A stretch of 64,000 bases of DNA from Harriotta raleighana (Eukaryota): positions 3,113,538-3,177,537 of the forward strand of contig JBNZDD010013730.1 in the NCBI GenBank assembly GCA_050575255.1, given 5' to 3'. How positions within the stretch are numbered: the stretch's first letter is position 1; each line of letters opens with the position of its first letter. Below, piece by piece: positions 11,013 to 24,577 of the stretch. The notes under the pieces were generated by a model. That model did no database searches and was not told the DNA's origin. It saw only the letters and a program-made list of their open reading frames with translations. The position numbers were made by a program, and so were the translations under genes.

Positions 11013-14000
11013 ATGCCTTTGGAAGAACTACAAGCAGTGATTCAAAGATGTGTAAGTATTGTAATCGTAGATTTCACTCAACTAAGTTACTATTTTTGTT
11101 GATTACAAAGGATTGGTGTACAGCTGGATCTTGATGGGATCCACAGGTATAATTTAGAGAGAAACATGATCACAAATATTTTGTACAATTTGTTGCTCAG
11201 TGACCATTCATTTTCACGGCTTTGAGATGTAAAGGTACAGTAGTTGCAAATTTTACAACTCTTATGGTGGATAGAGTAAGGAACTGGAGAATAAGTGGGT
11301 AGTCAACAGTGAAGGGATACAGTTGCTATTGATATTTAATATGGAATGCCACAAACATAAATGGACTGAATAGTCTGCTTTGGTGCGCAAAATATCTCCG
11401 TTTCAAACCTTTCTTGAGAAAGTATTGAGAAAAATATCCTCGAAGGTTTAGTGACTTTTTAAAAAATATATAGTTTGAACTGTGTAGCAGAATCGATTGT
11501 ACAGACTGTTGCATGAATTAGAGGTGTAATGTAATGAAAAATTGTACTGTATATACAATTACTGTATATACATTGCACATTTGTTGAATATTACAATAGA
11601 TTTAATCATTGAGTTTTAGCAAATGATCCACCAACAATCTACTAAATTATGTAGAGGAGGAAATCTTGTGTTGTAATTACTGATTTGTTTCAGTAGTATA
11701 AACTTCCAGTTTCTGGGAATAACCTGTATGCTGGATCACATTTTACTGTTTATGGTTTGCTTGAAGAAATATATACATACACTGTAGTATTAAGTAAAAA
11801 TGTCTGAAATTGCTGTCTTTTTCACTGCGATTAAAATGGTTGTTTTACTTTATTAGCGAGGTCTACCTGAAGCAGACTTTAAGCCTGAAGATCATGGCAT
11901 ATTCCAGACCGCAGCTAGTCAGTGTCTGAAAGATGGATATGTAGTTAAACTTCTGGAAATCCTTCAGGAAGAACAGAACAAGGCAAGTTTATAATTGCAT
12001 TCGGCAATATGTAAGGAATTGTCCCTAAGTAAGATTCAATTAATTGCTTGTAGTCTGCTTCATATTTACATTTTCCATCAATTCATATTTGACAGGATTT
12101 TGTTACCTGCATGGGCTGGAATCTTGTCGGTCCTGTCGTTGGTTGCATTTTAAAGGACAATCAAGAAATCGAGTACAGGGAAAACTGCTTGAAAATCCTA
12201 GACCTAATAGTGCAGGTAAGGGAGATTACACTGAGTGTATAAATATAATCAAACTAACTTCACAACTGTTTATTAAGATAATTATATTTGTTCCGCAATA
12301 AATACTGAAGCTTCACTTTGAAAATTTCTATTCAAATTTCATCAACTTAAAATGTAATACTGTAGTTTTCTCTGGTTCACAATAGCTAATTGCCATTTTA
12401 TAAAATAAAATAGATGTGCTTTAACAATATTGTTGCATGTTTCACGTCTTTCTTGCAGATAAGTAACCCAAAGGAACTTCTGGTAGGTTTACTGGAGCAG
12501 GTTGAGGAAGCTTTTGGAGAGCATATATCAAAATCTATCTTATTGCTGCTGCAGCCACTTCAGACAGGTAATATACTAAATTGGTCCCTATTGATCAAGT
12601 TTGATAAATTCAAATCTCAGTGTGAAGCCTCAATAACTAGCTTGTTAACTAATCCTAGCAATAGCAGTGATAAGGGCATTATAATTTGCCATAGGGCACC
12701 GGAACTTGGGAGAAAGAAATCAGGAGGAGTTCCACTCTTTATTGCTATCAAACAACTCCTGCAAAATTCAAATGTCTAGTCACTGGGTAAAACAGGATCA
12801 CGTTCAACTAATGTTTTATCCCTTTTCTTCCTATACCCTCACTAGCTCCATTATGATGGAATATCCATCTACCATTTGGGTGAGGCAGTGGTGGATGGCC
12901 ATTGAACTATACCTCTGGAGTTTCAAGAGTAGAATGAAGCAGTGATTACATTGTATTACTTCATACAAAAGTGTTATTTCATAATTTAGTTTGACTTTTG
13001 ATATCGTAACACAGTAATTGCAGATTAAAGAAAATGCCAATTACCAAAAGAGCTGTATTCTATATACAATAGTTTTTAAAACGAAGTGTTTAATGCTAAG
13101 TTTTGGGTTCAATAATAAAATACTATTTTACAACACTTGGAGATATTTTGCATCTCTGGTTAAAAACTATGTATTGAAAAATAAGATTCCAATGCATGCA
13201 TGTTATTTCTTAAATTAACTTGGCAAATAAACTTGTTTTTCTAGTGCTATTAAAATTGGGACATAAGAAGGCATACTCCGTTGGATTAACGCTTTCAACA
13301 ATATTAACACAACTCTCCCAGTTACCTGTACCTTGCACCGATGAGCAACGCCAACATGATACGTATGATCTTTGCAAGTGTTGTATGGCTGTTGCCTCTT
13401 TTGTTAAACCATTTGTGGATGAAGTAGGTCAAATATCAGATTCTAAATCAAATCCCTGTAATGATCAACTGAAGGAGGAACTACTGAAATTGTAGGTACT
13501 TTTTTCAATTTGGTAATCTAAGCAATTTTAACAGAATGCTTTTTAAAAAAAAAATGCAATTGTTAATAATTTTGTGTAACATCCAATTTGACTTTTTATA
13601 ATTTATATAGTTGTATGAAAAGCTTGGAATACCCACTGTTGAGAGCACAGTTAGATCCACTACCTGAAGAGACTGAGGAAAATTTGTTGAGAACTTTTGC
13701 TGCTGAAATTCTGGTAAGTTCAATTTCCCAAGGCATTTCATCTTCTGAAAGTTACCCCGATTGTCCAGTTAAGATTAACATTGAGTTTCCTCATTCTTAA
13801 AACAAAACTGATAGCAACTTCTAACAATTTTGGTTGATGTCAATTATATGCTCTTTTATTCTCTTCTGGAGTTACACCAGTGAAACTAGTAAGTAAATGA
13901 AATTTGTATTTTTCCAACACAGAACAAGTTGCCTTTTTGAATATGTAAAGATTTCCACTTTTCTTCATTGGAGCCTATAGGACAAAAATCCTTGGTTGAT

Positions 14001-17000
14001 TGATAGGCCAAATTTGCATTCAATTCTGTAGAGAAATTTGTTCTCTAAATTTAAAAACATGAATCTTAATATCTGATGTATTTATACTTTAATAATTATG
14101 GACTGTATGTGTTTTTAATAAGTCTTCATATTTTGTAGGTTTTCCTTGTAGCTCTTGGTGAGTCACTTCCTGTGTTGATGGTACAATCCAGGAAGAAACA
14201 GGAAGAGATTGACCCTCTGCAGGAAGATATAAAGTACCCAATTAATTCATTAGCCTGCCTGGCATACCTTTTATTTGTTCAGCATATTGGTATTGATCAT
14301 TTCCCAGCTGTCTATAGGTGTGTGTAAAGTACTATTCCATTAATGCCATGTTTCTAGATTTGTTTGGAATATGCATTGTTAAACAAACATTGTAATTGTG
14401 CTAGGGATACAAGGTCAAAATGTTTAAGTAATCTTTGGTAATTCTAGAATTTGTAATAATGATGGATTTTCTCTAAATGCCATCAATATTAAAATTGCTG
14501 GAATAGAATCAACAAGTACAAGCTGCATTTATGAATTGATTCCACAAATTTGTTTGATAAAAGAAACCCAATTCTAAATATCACATCTTATTTAAATGGT
14601 CTATGAATAGTATATTGAGCCATTTCCTGAAGACCATTTTCGTGTATTTAAATGTTTACTATTTGTAAGGTTAAAGATGTCAAATGAACAAAATATTTTT
14701 TTCAGCCCTGCATTCTTTCTTCAGTATAATGTGGACTATATAGCTGTCATGATGAAAAGGTGAGATTAATTTTAAGAGTCATTGTATATACTTAATATGA
14801 ATGCTCAACTGGTAAAGTAACAACCTAGTAAGGATACTATATATAGACAAGACCCATGTTAAAAAGCCCCACCTTAAATTCACTTATAACACGTTTCCCG
14901 GATATTAGATAGTACATGACCAGTTGCCATCTGATGACCCACTAGGCTTTCTTGCACATCAGTTATAATGTGTGGAATTTTTTGGACCTATTGCACCATG
15001 TTGTTTGTATTTTCCAAGTTTTGACTTTATTCATTCAAAAATAGTTTGGGGTAATATTAAAACAGATGAAGTCTTAAAGTGTTTATTATGTTCAATAGAT
15101 CTTCCCCAGACCTGTGACTTCTGAAAGACTTGGAAATAGTGATCTATGGGGAATAGTTTAAAATCTCCTGAAAACTTGGAACAACCTTACCTTTGTAGAG
15201 CGCCTTTCATGTCGGAAGGACGTCTCGATTGAACAATTTTTCATATAACTTTTCAATTTTACAATTATAGTGAAGATTCTTGTTTATAATTATAATACAT
15301 TTTTTGGAAAAAATACTTTTTGGTTGCATAAAATAACTTAAATTATGTTAATGGCAGGACGGAAGAGTCCATTCTATCTAAAGGACTGGTAAGTTTTCTT
15401 GTTTTTTCTGTTGGCGTTTGAATTTCTAAGGCTTATTGGTTAACTACTAGATAACACTTGTATCTTATCAGAATTTACATTATCTTCTATTGTTGGCAAT
15501 GTAAAAATAGTAACATTTGCATAAGTCTTATCTTTATAAATCGTATAATCACCCAAGTCATTTAGCCCAAGTCCTGCATTCACCAAAGTCCTACTTAGTT
15601 TTCTATCAAAACCACTTAAGATTTTTTTGCACTACATATTAATCAACTCCTAACTCCACTCCCCTATACACCATTACTGCCGCACTTACCTGCATTGAAA
15701 AGTGGGAAATTAAGTCCTGACCCATCAACGCACGCACATTTTCCAGGTGGAATTGAATCACAGAAAATGTAGTCTTCATCCATTAATGTTTGCGCACTTA
15801 ACGGAAGCATTAGAATTATGCATGCACAGTGTAGCTTGATTACATTTGATTTTATACAACTTATAAACTATAAGCCTCACTGAGCACAAGTCACTGTTAT
15901 GGTCCTCGCTGATTTGAGTCTCACTATTCTTTTTCACTGAACTGACTCACTGGCCTATATCAATTTGAATCTCTTTTGCAGGAATTGTATGAACATTGCT
16001 TGTTACCAGTTGAAGATAATAGTCTTTCCCATGAATATTTGGAGATCAAAAACATTCTTAGAGTTCCACAGGTAAAGTATAATAAAGATAGAGAAACAAA
16101 TACAATTACAATATTTGAAATTTAATTCAAACAATCTTGTGTAATCAGCATCATAATTGGTGTTTGCATATTTGTTTTAATGGTTTATTTCTTGAATTTG
16201 TATTCAGGATTTAGTGAAGGTGATGACCCTCTGCCCTATTGATCATCTGGTATGTGTTCATGAAATCTAAATAAGAAACATAATTATCTAAAGAAGTTGA
16301 TTTCCTTCATTAGATTTAATTGTCTTTATTCTTTCAGCGCAAATGGAGCCTAAAGATATTTCAACAGTATATAAATAAGTTTGATACATCAGGAAAATAT
16401 AAATTATTTAGGTAAGTTACAATTAGATTATATGATTTTTCTGTTTTCCTGATTTTCAATTGGTAAAAGTATCATTTACAATAGGCCAAGACAGATTCCA
16501 CTTTAATTTTAAAAATTATATTCACAAAGTACAGTAATTATAAAATCCTGCATGTTTTATCTGTTACAGATGAGATAAAATGTGATTACATCTTACAAGA
16601 TTAAAAATGTATATGGAACCTTTAATTCTTTAGAAATTATTATATCCTGAAGCAACTTTTAGATTGGGAGATTGAAATTGATTGCTTTCCTCATATTGAC
16701 CTAATAGCTTTGGAGTATGGCGGGCAACATTTTATTGGAGGTACTTGTTTCATCCACTTCTCTATTTCACTTTTTGTAGGTGTCTCTTAAAGACAAGTCA
16801 ACATGCTGGGGTACAAGGCTATATTATTCAAAACGTTAAAGATCAGGTTGATCTAGCATTAAAGGTAAGAAAGTTATGATACAGAAATATTAACTAGTAC
16901 AAATTATTGTTCCCTGTCCAGCAGATATCTGTTTGGCAGTTTTTGATTGTGATACCAAGGTCACAACAATTTGAATTTGGTTAAGTATGTCTGTCTTGGT

Positions 17001-19164
17001 GTTAACATGCACGTTAGGAACAAATTAGGAATAGTAACCAGGTGTAAAATATTCTGCTGATTCATCCTCCGAGTACGTAATTTTATCAGACTGAAATGGA
17101 GGAATTATGGTAAAGCTGAGAAATGCTCCCCTATATGAGTGACCTAGTAGCTATGGTTAGTTAGCTATAAAATAAGTTCATGATTTAGAGCAAAATGTAT
17201 AACTTGGGTTTTTCTCTAGTCCGTTAACCATAGAGTGATCCTAACTATTGTCATACATTTCATCAATGTAACTTGTAATAAAGATGCATATGAATTTAGC
17301 AAGTTTTCTAAAGTATTTGCTTTTCCTTTTATTCTTCAAAATCTATCTTTTAACAATTTGCAAATTTAAACTCTTTTTAGCCTGGCAATAAAAATGTGTG
17401 GTTTTCAGATCCACACCTGATCCCTCTTCTTCATTCAGTCCTTTCACTTCCTGAAGGAGCAGAAACAGACTTGCTTCAACACTCAGATAGGTATGATTCA
17501 GTACTCGTAGAAAATTTGACTAATTTAAATAACTGAACATCTAGTTATTTTATATGCTATAGCGTACCATCAATTCAATTTGTTTATTTGCTAAGTCTTC
17601 TGTGGAGGCCAGGCTTGGAAAAAGAAATTGGTAGTCTTGAGTATCTGGTTGGCTGCTGTATTGGGAGAGATATAAACGTACCCACCTTCTCCATCTAAGA
17701 ATAGCACTCATTGGGAGATGTAAAAAAATGAACTAATTGAGTAGTAGGGTGGGAAGAATGAAAAAGTATCATTTTCTCTTTATTGTACATTCAGAATTCT
17801 CATTAATTAGTTTCCTCTGGAAGAACTAATGTAAGATCTCAAAGTGGCTGGAAATCTGTATCATACAGCCATTTCATTCCTGCAAATAGTTTATTTTTGA
17901 AAACTGTCAACTTGTTTTTTCCCCACCTTTTATATTAGGATCATGGCTTCACTGAACCTCCTAAGATATCTAGTAATCAGGGATAACAAATTGGAGAATC
18001 AGGTACGTAAATAATTTTGACCCCCAAAAATTACATATTTAATCAATATGAATATATTATGGACCATTATTAAGGGCAAACAAATCTTTTATAATATTTA
18101 GATATGTAGTTTTTTTTTTAAAAAGCAGAGGCCCCGTTTCTTTTTGAATTACCTAATGGTGATAGATAATATCAAGAAATAAATGAAAATACTTGTACAG
18201 ATTGCTACCAATCTCACTGAAAGAGAGAGGAAAAACTGCAGCAAAGGATCTGAAAACATAGAAATCCCTTCCCCTCATCTTTAGGTTTTCTTTACCTTTT
18301 TATTTTCTTTTAGCTGACCATTTACTCAACCAGCTGGTTGCCAAGGCAGGAATTGTTGGGACGTTTTGTATAGTGTAAATGTTACCGCTCATTTGGCAAC
18401 AGTTTTGATCTTTTTGCTCATTTCTATTTAGCATAATGTTAAAATATAATATGAAAAACAGGGATTAATACTTTTAATCATTTAATTTACCTCCATTTTA
18501 ATATTCATGAATCATCTAAGTTATTCTATCTTTCATCTTTTGTAGACTGGAATATGGACTGATCTTTTTTGGATTGAAAATTTTCTACAACCACTACACA
18601 CAGGTTTGAATATGTCAAAGGCTCATTATGAAGCAGAGATCAGAGCCAAAGAGGAAAACAAGAAAATCAAAGGTTTGTTGTTTGAATAAAGTATCATTAA
18701 TAGGATTAAAGATCTATTTTGATGCTGATTAACTTGTCATTGGCACTTGGGCTCACAGAAAAGCCATAGTCTGATTTTCCACCTTTCTGGTTAAAAGAGG
18801 ACTTCATGGAGATGAGAAATTGTCTGGGGAAATGAAAATTAAGAGCAATCACTCAATTTTATTAATAATTGCAGGTGCTCCACCTAGTGAAACCCAATGT
18901 TCTCTAACAGTTGGTGGCAAGAAACTACCCCAAATGACTATACCGATGCAATTGGAGGTAACCACTTTACTTCATCATTTTATCTATTCTGAATTTATTG
19001 AAGATGAAATAATTTTTCCTTCAATGTAGTGTTGCACTTGTCATTTCATCCCTATTAATTTACTGTCATTTCAGGTCCTACGGTCAGCTATGTACACATT
19101 TGATCTCATGGAGAGTGTGCTGGCACGAATAGAAGAGCTAACTGAGCCCAAAGTAAACACCTGA
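11013..19164 (+). CDS. GLMN: Glomulin (FAP68; RBX1/cullin-RING ligase inhibitor), complete, 18 coding exons, 1773 nt, ~590 aa
   Basis: Exons: 11013-11051, 11857-11982, 12096-12215, 12459-12567, 13245-13491, 13611-13713, 14139-14317, 14706-14759, 15358-15388, 15982-16071, 16208-16249, 16338-16411, 16780-16864, 17381-17490, 17939-18002, 18546-18672, 18875-18957, 19075-19164. All phases join. Translation MPLEELQAVIQRC...MGWNLVGPVV...NPKELLVGLLE...LPEGAETDLLQHSDRIMASLNLLRYLVIRD...GLNMSKAHYEAEI...FDLMESVLARIEE is recognisably glomulin. Confidence 0.96.
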
Positions 19165-19498
19165 ACTGGGGACGATTGAGTGGTGTAGATTTAATAGGTG
19201 GCAATGCAAGAATTCTGTAATAGTTTTGACTTTTTCTACAGTGGAAAACTACTAAACAGTATTATTTTAACTCATTTCTTAAAAATAACTCTATATCAGG
19301 ATATCTCCAAACACTCAACAGTTCAGTTTTACTGCTGTTGATGCATGACTGTGGGATCTCGGAAAAATGGTAGAGGAAGAAACAAAAAGAATGCATAGCC
19401 TTACAGAGGGAAACACATTATACTGTTGCATTTACCTCAAACTAGATGACTACCTAAGATGACAAATTGTTCAACACAAATCATCTTAATTTGTCTGA

Positions 19499-19714
19499 AA
19501 TAAACATGGGGTATCAATGTCAAACATTCTATAAAATAAACTTGTAGGCAAATGTATATAGTCTTGATATTGTATAATTAAAAAATGCGGTTTGATATCA
19601 ACACAATAATTCACAAGAAACATAAACTAAAAGACAAGAAACTATTTCATACATTGTAGATGCCCATATTCTTCACTCAACTATCACATGCTTAGTCCAA
19701 TTAAGTGCAATAAA
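19499..19714 (+). terminator. Candidate GLMN poly(A) signals
   Basis: AATAAA at 19499, 19535 and 19709 downstream of the stop at 19164. Confidence 0.5.
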
Positions 19715-19987
19715 TGCATTATATCTTAGAATTTGGTTGTCTGTTCAAAATCAAATGAATATTTTATTTCAACTGATGATACACCTCAAAGATCAACCAA
19801 AATTAGTCTTGTAATAGAAAATAACGACATTGCTACACCAAATCAGTTTGAATCTAACTTTTTAATAATACAATGAGAGTTATAAGTGCTACAAATCAGT
19901 TGCTTTACTGAAAAAATGTTCAAAATACATTTGCAGAAGAGAGTTGATATCAACGTACAGTACCTGGTTCACAGTTGCAAGTTTTAT

Positions 19988-22387
19988 TCACCATTTTTGC
20001 TGTTTGCGAAGCATGTCCCAGACAGGACTGTATTCTATAATCTGAGTTCTGGCCATGGCAATGCGATCACGAACACTATCCACATGTGGCTTACATGTCG
20101 CCTTCATAAGGAATAAATGTTTGAATCATTGATCATTTATGTATCATTAAGAAAATTAAGAGCAATAATCAGAATTTCACCTAAATAATTGGTATATATC
20201 TGAAGGTTTCTAAACTAGTAGTTTTTTCTAAACTGATAGTTTAAAAATCTTAGTGTACCCAGTATTGGACATACCATGTATTAACATACAAATCATATAC
20301 AGTGTTTATACATTCTCATAATTCAGAAACTTGAGGTGTACCTTGGCAATGGTCACCATGCTTTTGACCACATCACCAACATTGTGTGCTGGTATGATCC
20401 TTAGATTATCACCTAGAAATCTACATAAGAATAAAATAAAGCAAATTAATGAAATGTGTGAGCAGCAATATATTTTGCTACTCACATTTATTTTGAACAA
20501 ACAAAACTACTCAACAACATTATAGTTGGTTTGTAATTTATTTTCTTAATTATAATACTGTAAGCACATATTCCCTGAGGGAAGGTTGTTTTACTTATGA
20601 ATTCAATATTTTAAAAATAATATGGAAGTCAGGGTATAATTGTGTGCACTCTTACACTGGAATGATGTGTGCCAGATGTACTAGTTTGGAATCTATATAA
20701 ATGGGTTAAATGTATATTTTTAGCAGTAATTACTTTTCACAAAAAAGTTTTAATCCAAAATTCTGCTTCAAACCATCAACTAGTTTGAGTAGATATCTTT
20801 CACACAAATAAGTTGCGTTTGTATTGTAGAACAAACCAATATGTACAATGTGTAATGTAGTCTACTGATGCCATATTAAGTACCTTTGCTGTAATTTATA
20901 TAGTATGTCCCATTCTTTAGAACCAAAGAGTGCTGCAACAAGAAGCAGGAAACTATTTCGGTGAATATGGGCAAACCGTTCAATTTGATCTGTCAGCTTT
21001 CTTCCTGCAGAATTGTCAAAGAGATCTTCAACTTCTACTATAATAAAGGCAACACCTGAGGAAAATTCAAATAAAGTTGCAGTTTTTCTCATTTCACCAA
21101 AACCTGCCTAGAAAGTGAGTTTGCAAAACTTCTTATTTCTATTGTGAAGAATGCCCCCCCAAAATGCTTGTACAGTGTATTTTCCAGTTAAAACAGAAAT
21201 AGTGACATGAACAAGGCAAATGCACAATTCCAAATATTTTCTTGTTTGATTTTTGCTGTGTACCATGGGTGTAGAGATCAGTATTAATATTATTTTCTAC
21301 GCCTCATCAGACATGTTTTAATTATAGATGGATTGATACAGCCCTTGCAACTGCACCTCACCTAATCCTGAGAGAGAAAATTTGAAATAAGAATTTTGCA
21401 TTTAAAACATTAAATCTTTCACTTGTCCAATCAATCGCTCGTATTTTTGACCAGGATCGAATGCAGAAAATAGCAAATTGAGAGATGGTATCTGAAAAAT
21501 ATATATTCTTTGTGAAATGTGTGATCTATAACACATAAATGTGAAATGTTGCCGTATAACCCGTTGTTGCTGATAGAAATACATCGCTACTGTTCAATTA
21601 AACGTACCAGAAAGTGGGAAAATGATGGATCCATCCACTACCGAGTCTGAGAACCTAATCCTCTGGCGTTGGTTGGATAGAGATGCAACGACCTCATGAT
21701 GCTGGAAAAGAAACCCCCCCCCCCAAAATGCCAGTAGAACAATTAACCCTCTACAGTACCTGCGAATGAAACCGTTGCCTGTGATGATAACAATATTATT
21801 ATTTTTAAAAAGGAGCAAGCAATACACATTGATCTTGTTAAACTACTTCCCCATCTGCAAAGGCTTCAGACACCCACCCAGCATCACTTGGCCGAGATGC
21901 TCTCCCAGTGTGCAGGAGGTACAGTGACAACCTGTCATGGGTTTCAAGCCTGCGATTCTCCTGGTGCGGTACCCATGTCTGACCCGGCCCCCTCTTTGCC
22001 AACACCTCCCTATTCTCCCTGATACCTCTCTCCCCCACCCCCCCATCCCCAGACACTCCTCTCTCTCTCTCTCTCCCCCACCCCATTCCCAGACACCCCT
22101 CTCTCTCTCCCCCCCATCCCCAGACACCCTCTTCTCCCCCACCCCATCCCCAGACACCCCACTCTCCCCCCCCATCCCAGACACCCCTCTCTCCCCCCCA
22201 TCCCCTGACACTCCTCTCTCTCTCTCTCTATCTCCCCCCCCATCCCCAGACACCCCTCTCTCTCCCCCCCCATCCCCAGACACCCCTCTCTCTCTCTTCC
22301 CCCCCCATCCCCAGACACCCCCCTCTCTGCCTCCCCTGCACACACCTGAAGGCCGGAGCTGACAATCACTGTCCCGCTCGTCGCCAT
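19988..22387 (-). CDS. C1orf146: SPO16 homolog / SCRE (meiotic ZZS-complex protein, partner of SHOC1), complete, 5 exons, ~166 aa
   Basis: Exons: 22346-22387, 21608-21701, 20884-21055, 20342-20420, 19988-20101, phase-consistent. MATSGTVIVSSGLQHHEVVASLSNQRQRIRFSDSVVDGSIIFPLSGVAFII...IERFAHIHRNSFLLLVAALFGSKEW...QQRFLGDNLRIIPAHN...IAKATCKPHVDSVRDRI...IEYSPVWDMLRKQQKW* matches vertebrate C1orf146; syntenic position between GLMN and BTBD8. Confidence 0.94.
22010..22335. repeat. C/T-rich minisatellite, ~25-35 nt unit CCCCCCCATCCCCAGACACCCCTCTCTCT, about 11 degenerate copies
   Basis: Directly visible tandem array in C1orf146 intron 1; source of several low-complexity ORFs. Confidence 0.9.
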
Positions 22388-22470
22388 GGCAGCCTGGCGC
22401 CGTGACGTCACCGCCGACGTCGCGGGCGGATCACCTGACCGCGTCGATGACGTCACGCAAATCTGGTCCC
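22380..22470 (-). promoter_or_regulatory. C1orf146 CpG promoter with two full CRE palindromes
   Basis: TGACGTCA at 22403-22410 and 22448-22455, GACGTC at 22416-22421, GGGCGG at 22424, all just upstream of the ATG at 22387. Confidence 0.65.
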
Positions 22471-24577
22471 AGGAATTTGGCTTCTACCATAATCACACTC
22501 ACAATAATAATAATAATAATAAAAGTTAATCTGGGCTGTTTCCTGGCTGTTTCCTGTAATGGGCAAGGATCTCCATTTGTCATTCTTCACTGGTGTAGTG
22601 AAAGGCAAAAGCCACAGTGTTCAGTAAAAAAAATAAAGCGATTCAAGAAACACATGCCATTAGCCAACATATTTCATTGTATCTTAATTATCTTAATTAT
22701 ATTTCATCGTACCTTAACTATCTTAATTATACTAACCGTTTAGGCCGCTAGCTTTTTTTTAAATTAAAAAAATTAATCTTATGGCGACATTTTGATGAGT
22801 CGTGTGCGAATTAAAATGTTATGGTTTCATGGAAACTATGTCAAGATAAAGTGTTCATGTAATCAATTAATCTGATATCTGTCATATTAATTGCCATGCA
22901 GTTGACACCAGCAAATCCATTTTAAAAAATGGTTATACCTGTAACTGTCTTTCTTCCACTTCCTCAATACGAATTAGATTATTCTTATGTTTGTACCAAC
23001 TATATTCCTCCCAATTTTCATCAAGTCCAGTCACATAGGCAGGAGCTCTGGCGAAAATCTCTCCTTCGGTATATATTCAGGTCCAATAAAAATGTTGACT
23101 ATTTGAAAGTGACAAGGAATTAAAATGTGCTTAATCTACCCAACAATGTTTAACCTCTTTGGTGACTGCTCTTGGTGCACAGCTATTCAGCTCGCTTTCG
23201 ATAATTGTAACATTTAGACCAAAGTTTATTTGCTTTTACTCAGTGTGGTGAATCCCTAAACTGCTCTAGCAACATCCCATAACTTATGAGAAGACTAGAC
23301 AATGCATTTGTAATATAACTAGGTTATGCATATTATTTCAATATCATAATTTTGATCCTTCTTCCAAAACACTTATATTTAAGAACCCTAATAAAAGATA
23401 TCTAATCGGTAAGTTGTGTATTCAAAATTCTAGGGTGTTAAATTCTAACTGTATATTAGGGAAGAAAGTATATGATGGGGGAAACAAACTAATTTTTCTA
23501 AAATAAAGGATCCTATTCTACGAATTTCTAATTGTTACCAAAGTTACAAAACTCAGATAAACAGAAACAAAGACAAAGGTCTGAAGAATATTTTAAGCAA
23601 TACAAAATTACAAACATTGATATTAAAAGTAAATTACAAAAGCAGAAAATACCTGCTTCTTCAGTTAAAATCCAACCATTCCAGCAATGTTCTCAAAAAT
23701 GGACTTGTTGATTCTTCTTAAATTGTGCCAAGTTTTGCACACAAAATAGTCCATCTGCTTTGCAGCATATCCTGTGAAGTGCTTTGAGATGTCTGATGAC
23801 ATAATAAGGTGCTATATTAAATGCCAGGATTACTATAATTGTGTTTTAAGTATCCCTTTTAATTTGTTAAAAGTATACTAGAATAGCAGTCTTGCAATTA
23901 GCAGATGCAACAGGAGGAAACCCACTTGTGTGAATATATCCCTGTGAAATAGGAAACGTTCCAAATGCAATTTTGTTGTTGTTTTTAGACTAGACATCAG
24001 AATATCATGATGGATGTCCAAATCCTTTACTCAAAGAGCTTCAAACATCAGGGAAGCTATTTGGCCTCGATTGCATTACAGAACTCCTACCGTTGCTCTT
24101 TATTATAATTAGAGGGGGAAAATTAGTTCTTACTTTACATTGTGATCGATATCAATCCCAAACTTGATGAGTCTTCTCCATGTAAGACAGTTGTTTGGGA
24201 CATTCTGAAGCAAGTGGGCTTGAATACAACAAGGAGTGGATAAGTTGTTTCATATTGACTTGCTCCAGACGGGCAACAAAATTTTGTCAAATCCCAAACT
24301 TTCCATATTTTTCCGAGTATTTCCAAGGCAGTCTAATGTTAACCTTCAAGCAGAAAGATCCAGATTCACAATTGTGGTACGCTACACAAAGTCCCACCAG
24401 AGGCACTGAGCTCCATTTGTAATTTCTTCATCAAAAATAATTCCTTCAAATAAATAAATACTGTATAATAAATTGACGAATTTATGGGACAGAATACATG
24501 ATGGATGTGTGCAATTGGCTGCTGCATTTCACCCACACAATATACAGTCAATTCACAGTATATTCTATGGAGCACTT

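Noticed and set aside
21843-22456. ORFs of 141-166 aa rich in G/E/R or P/S
   Set aside because: Translations of the intronic minisatellite; only 22346-22387 is coding.
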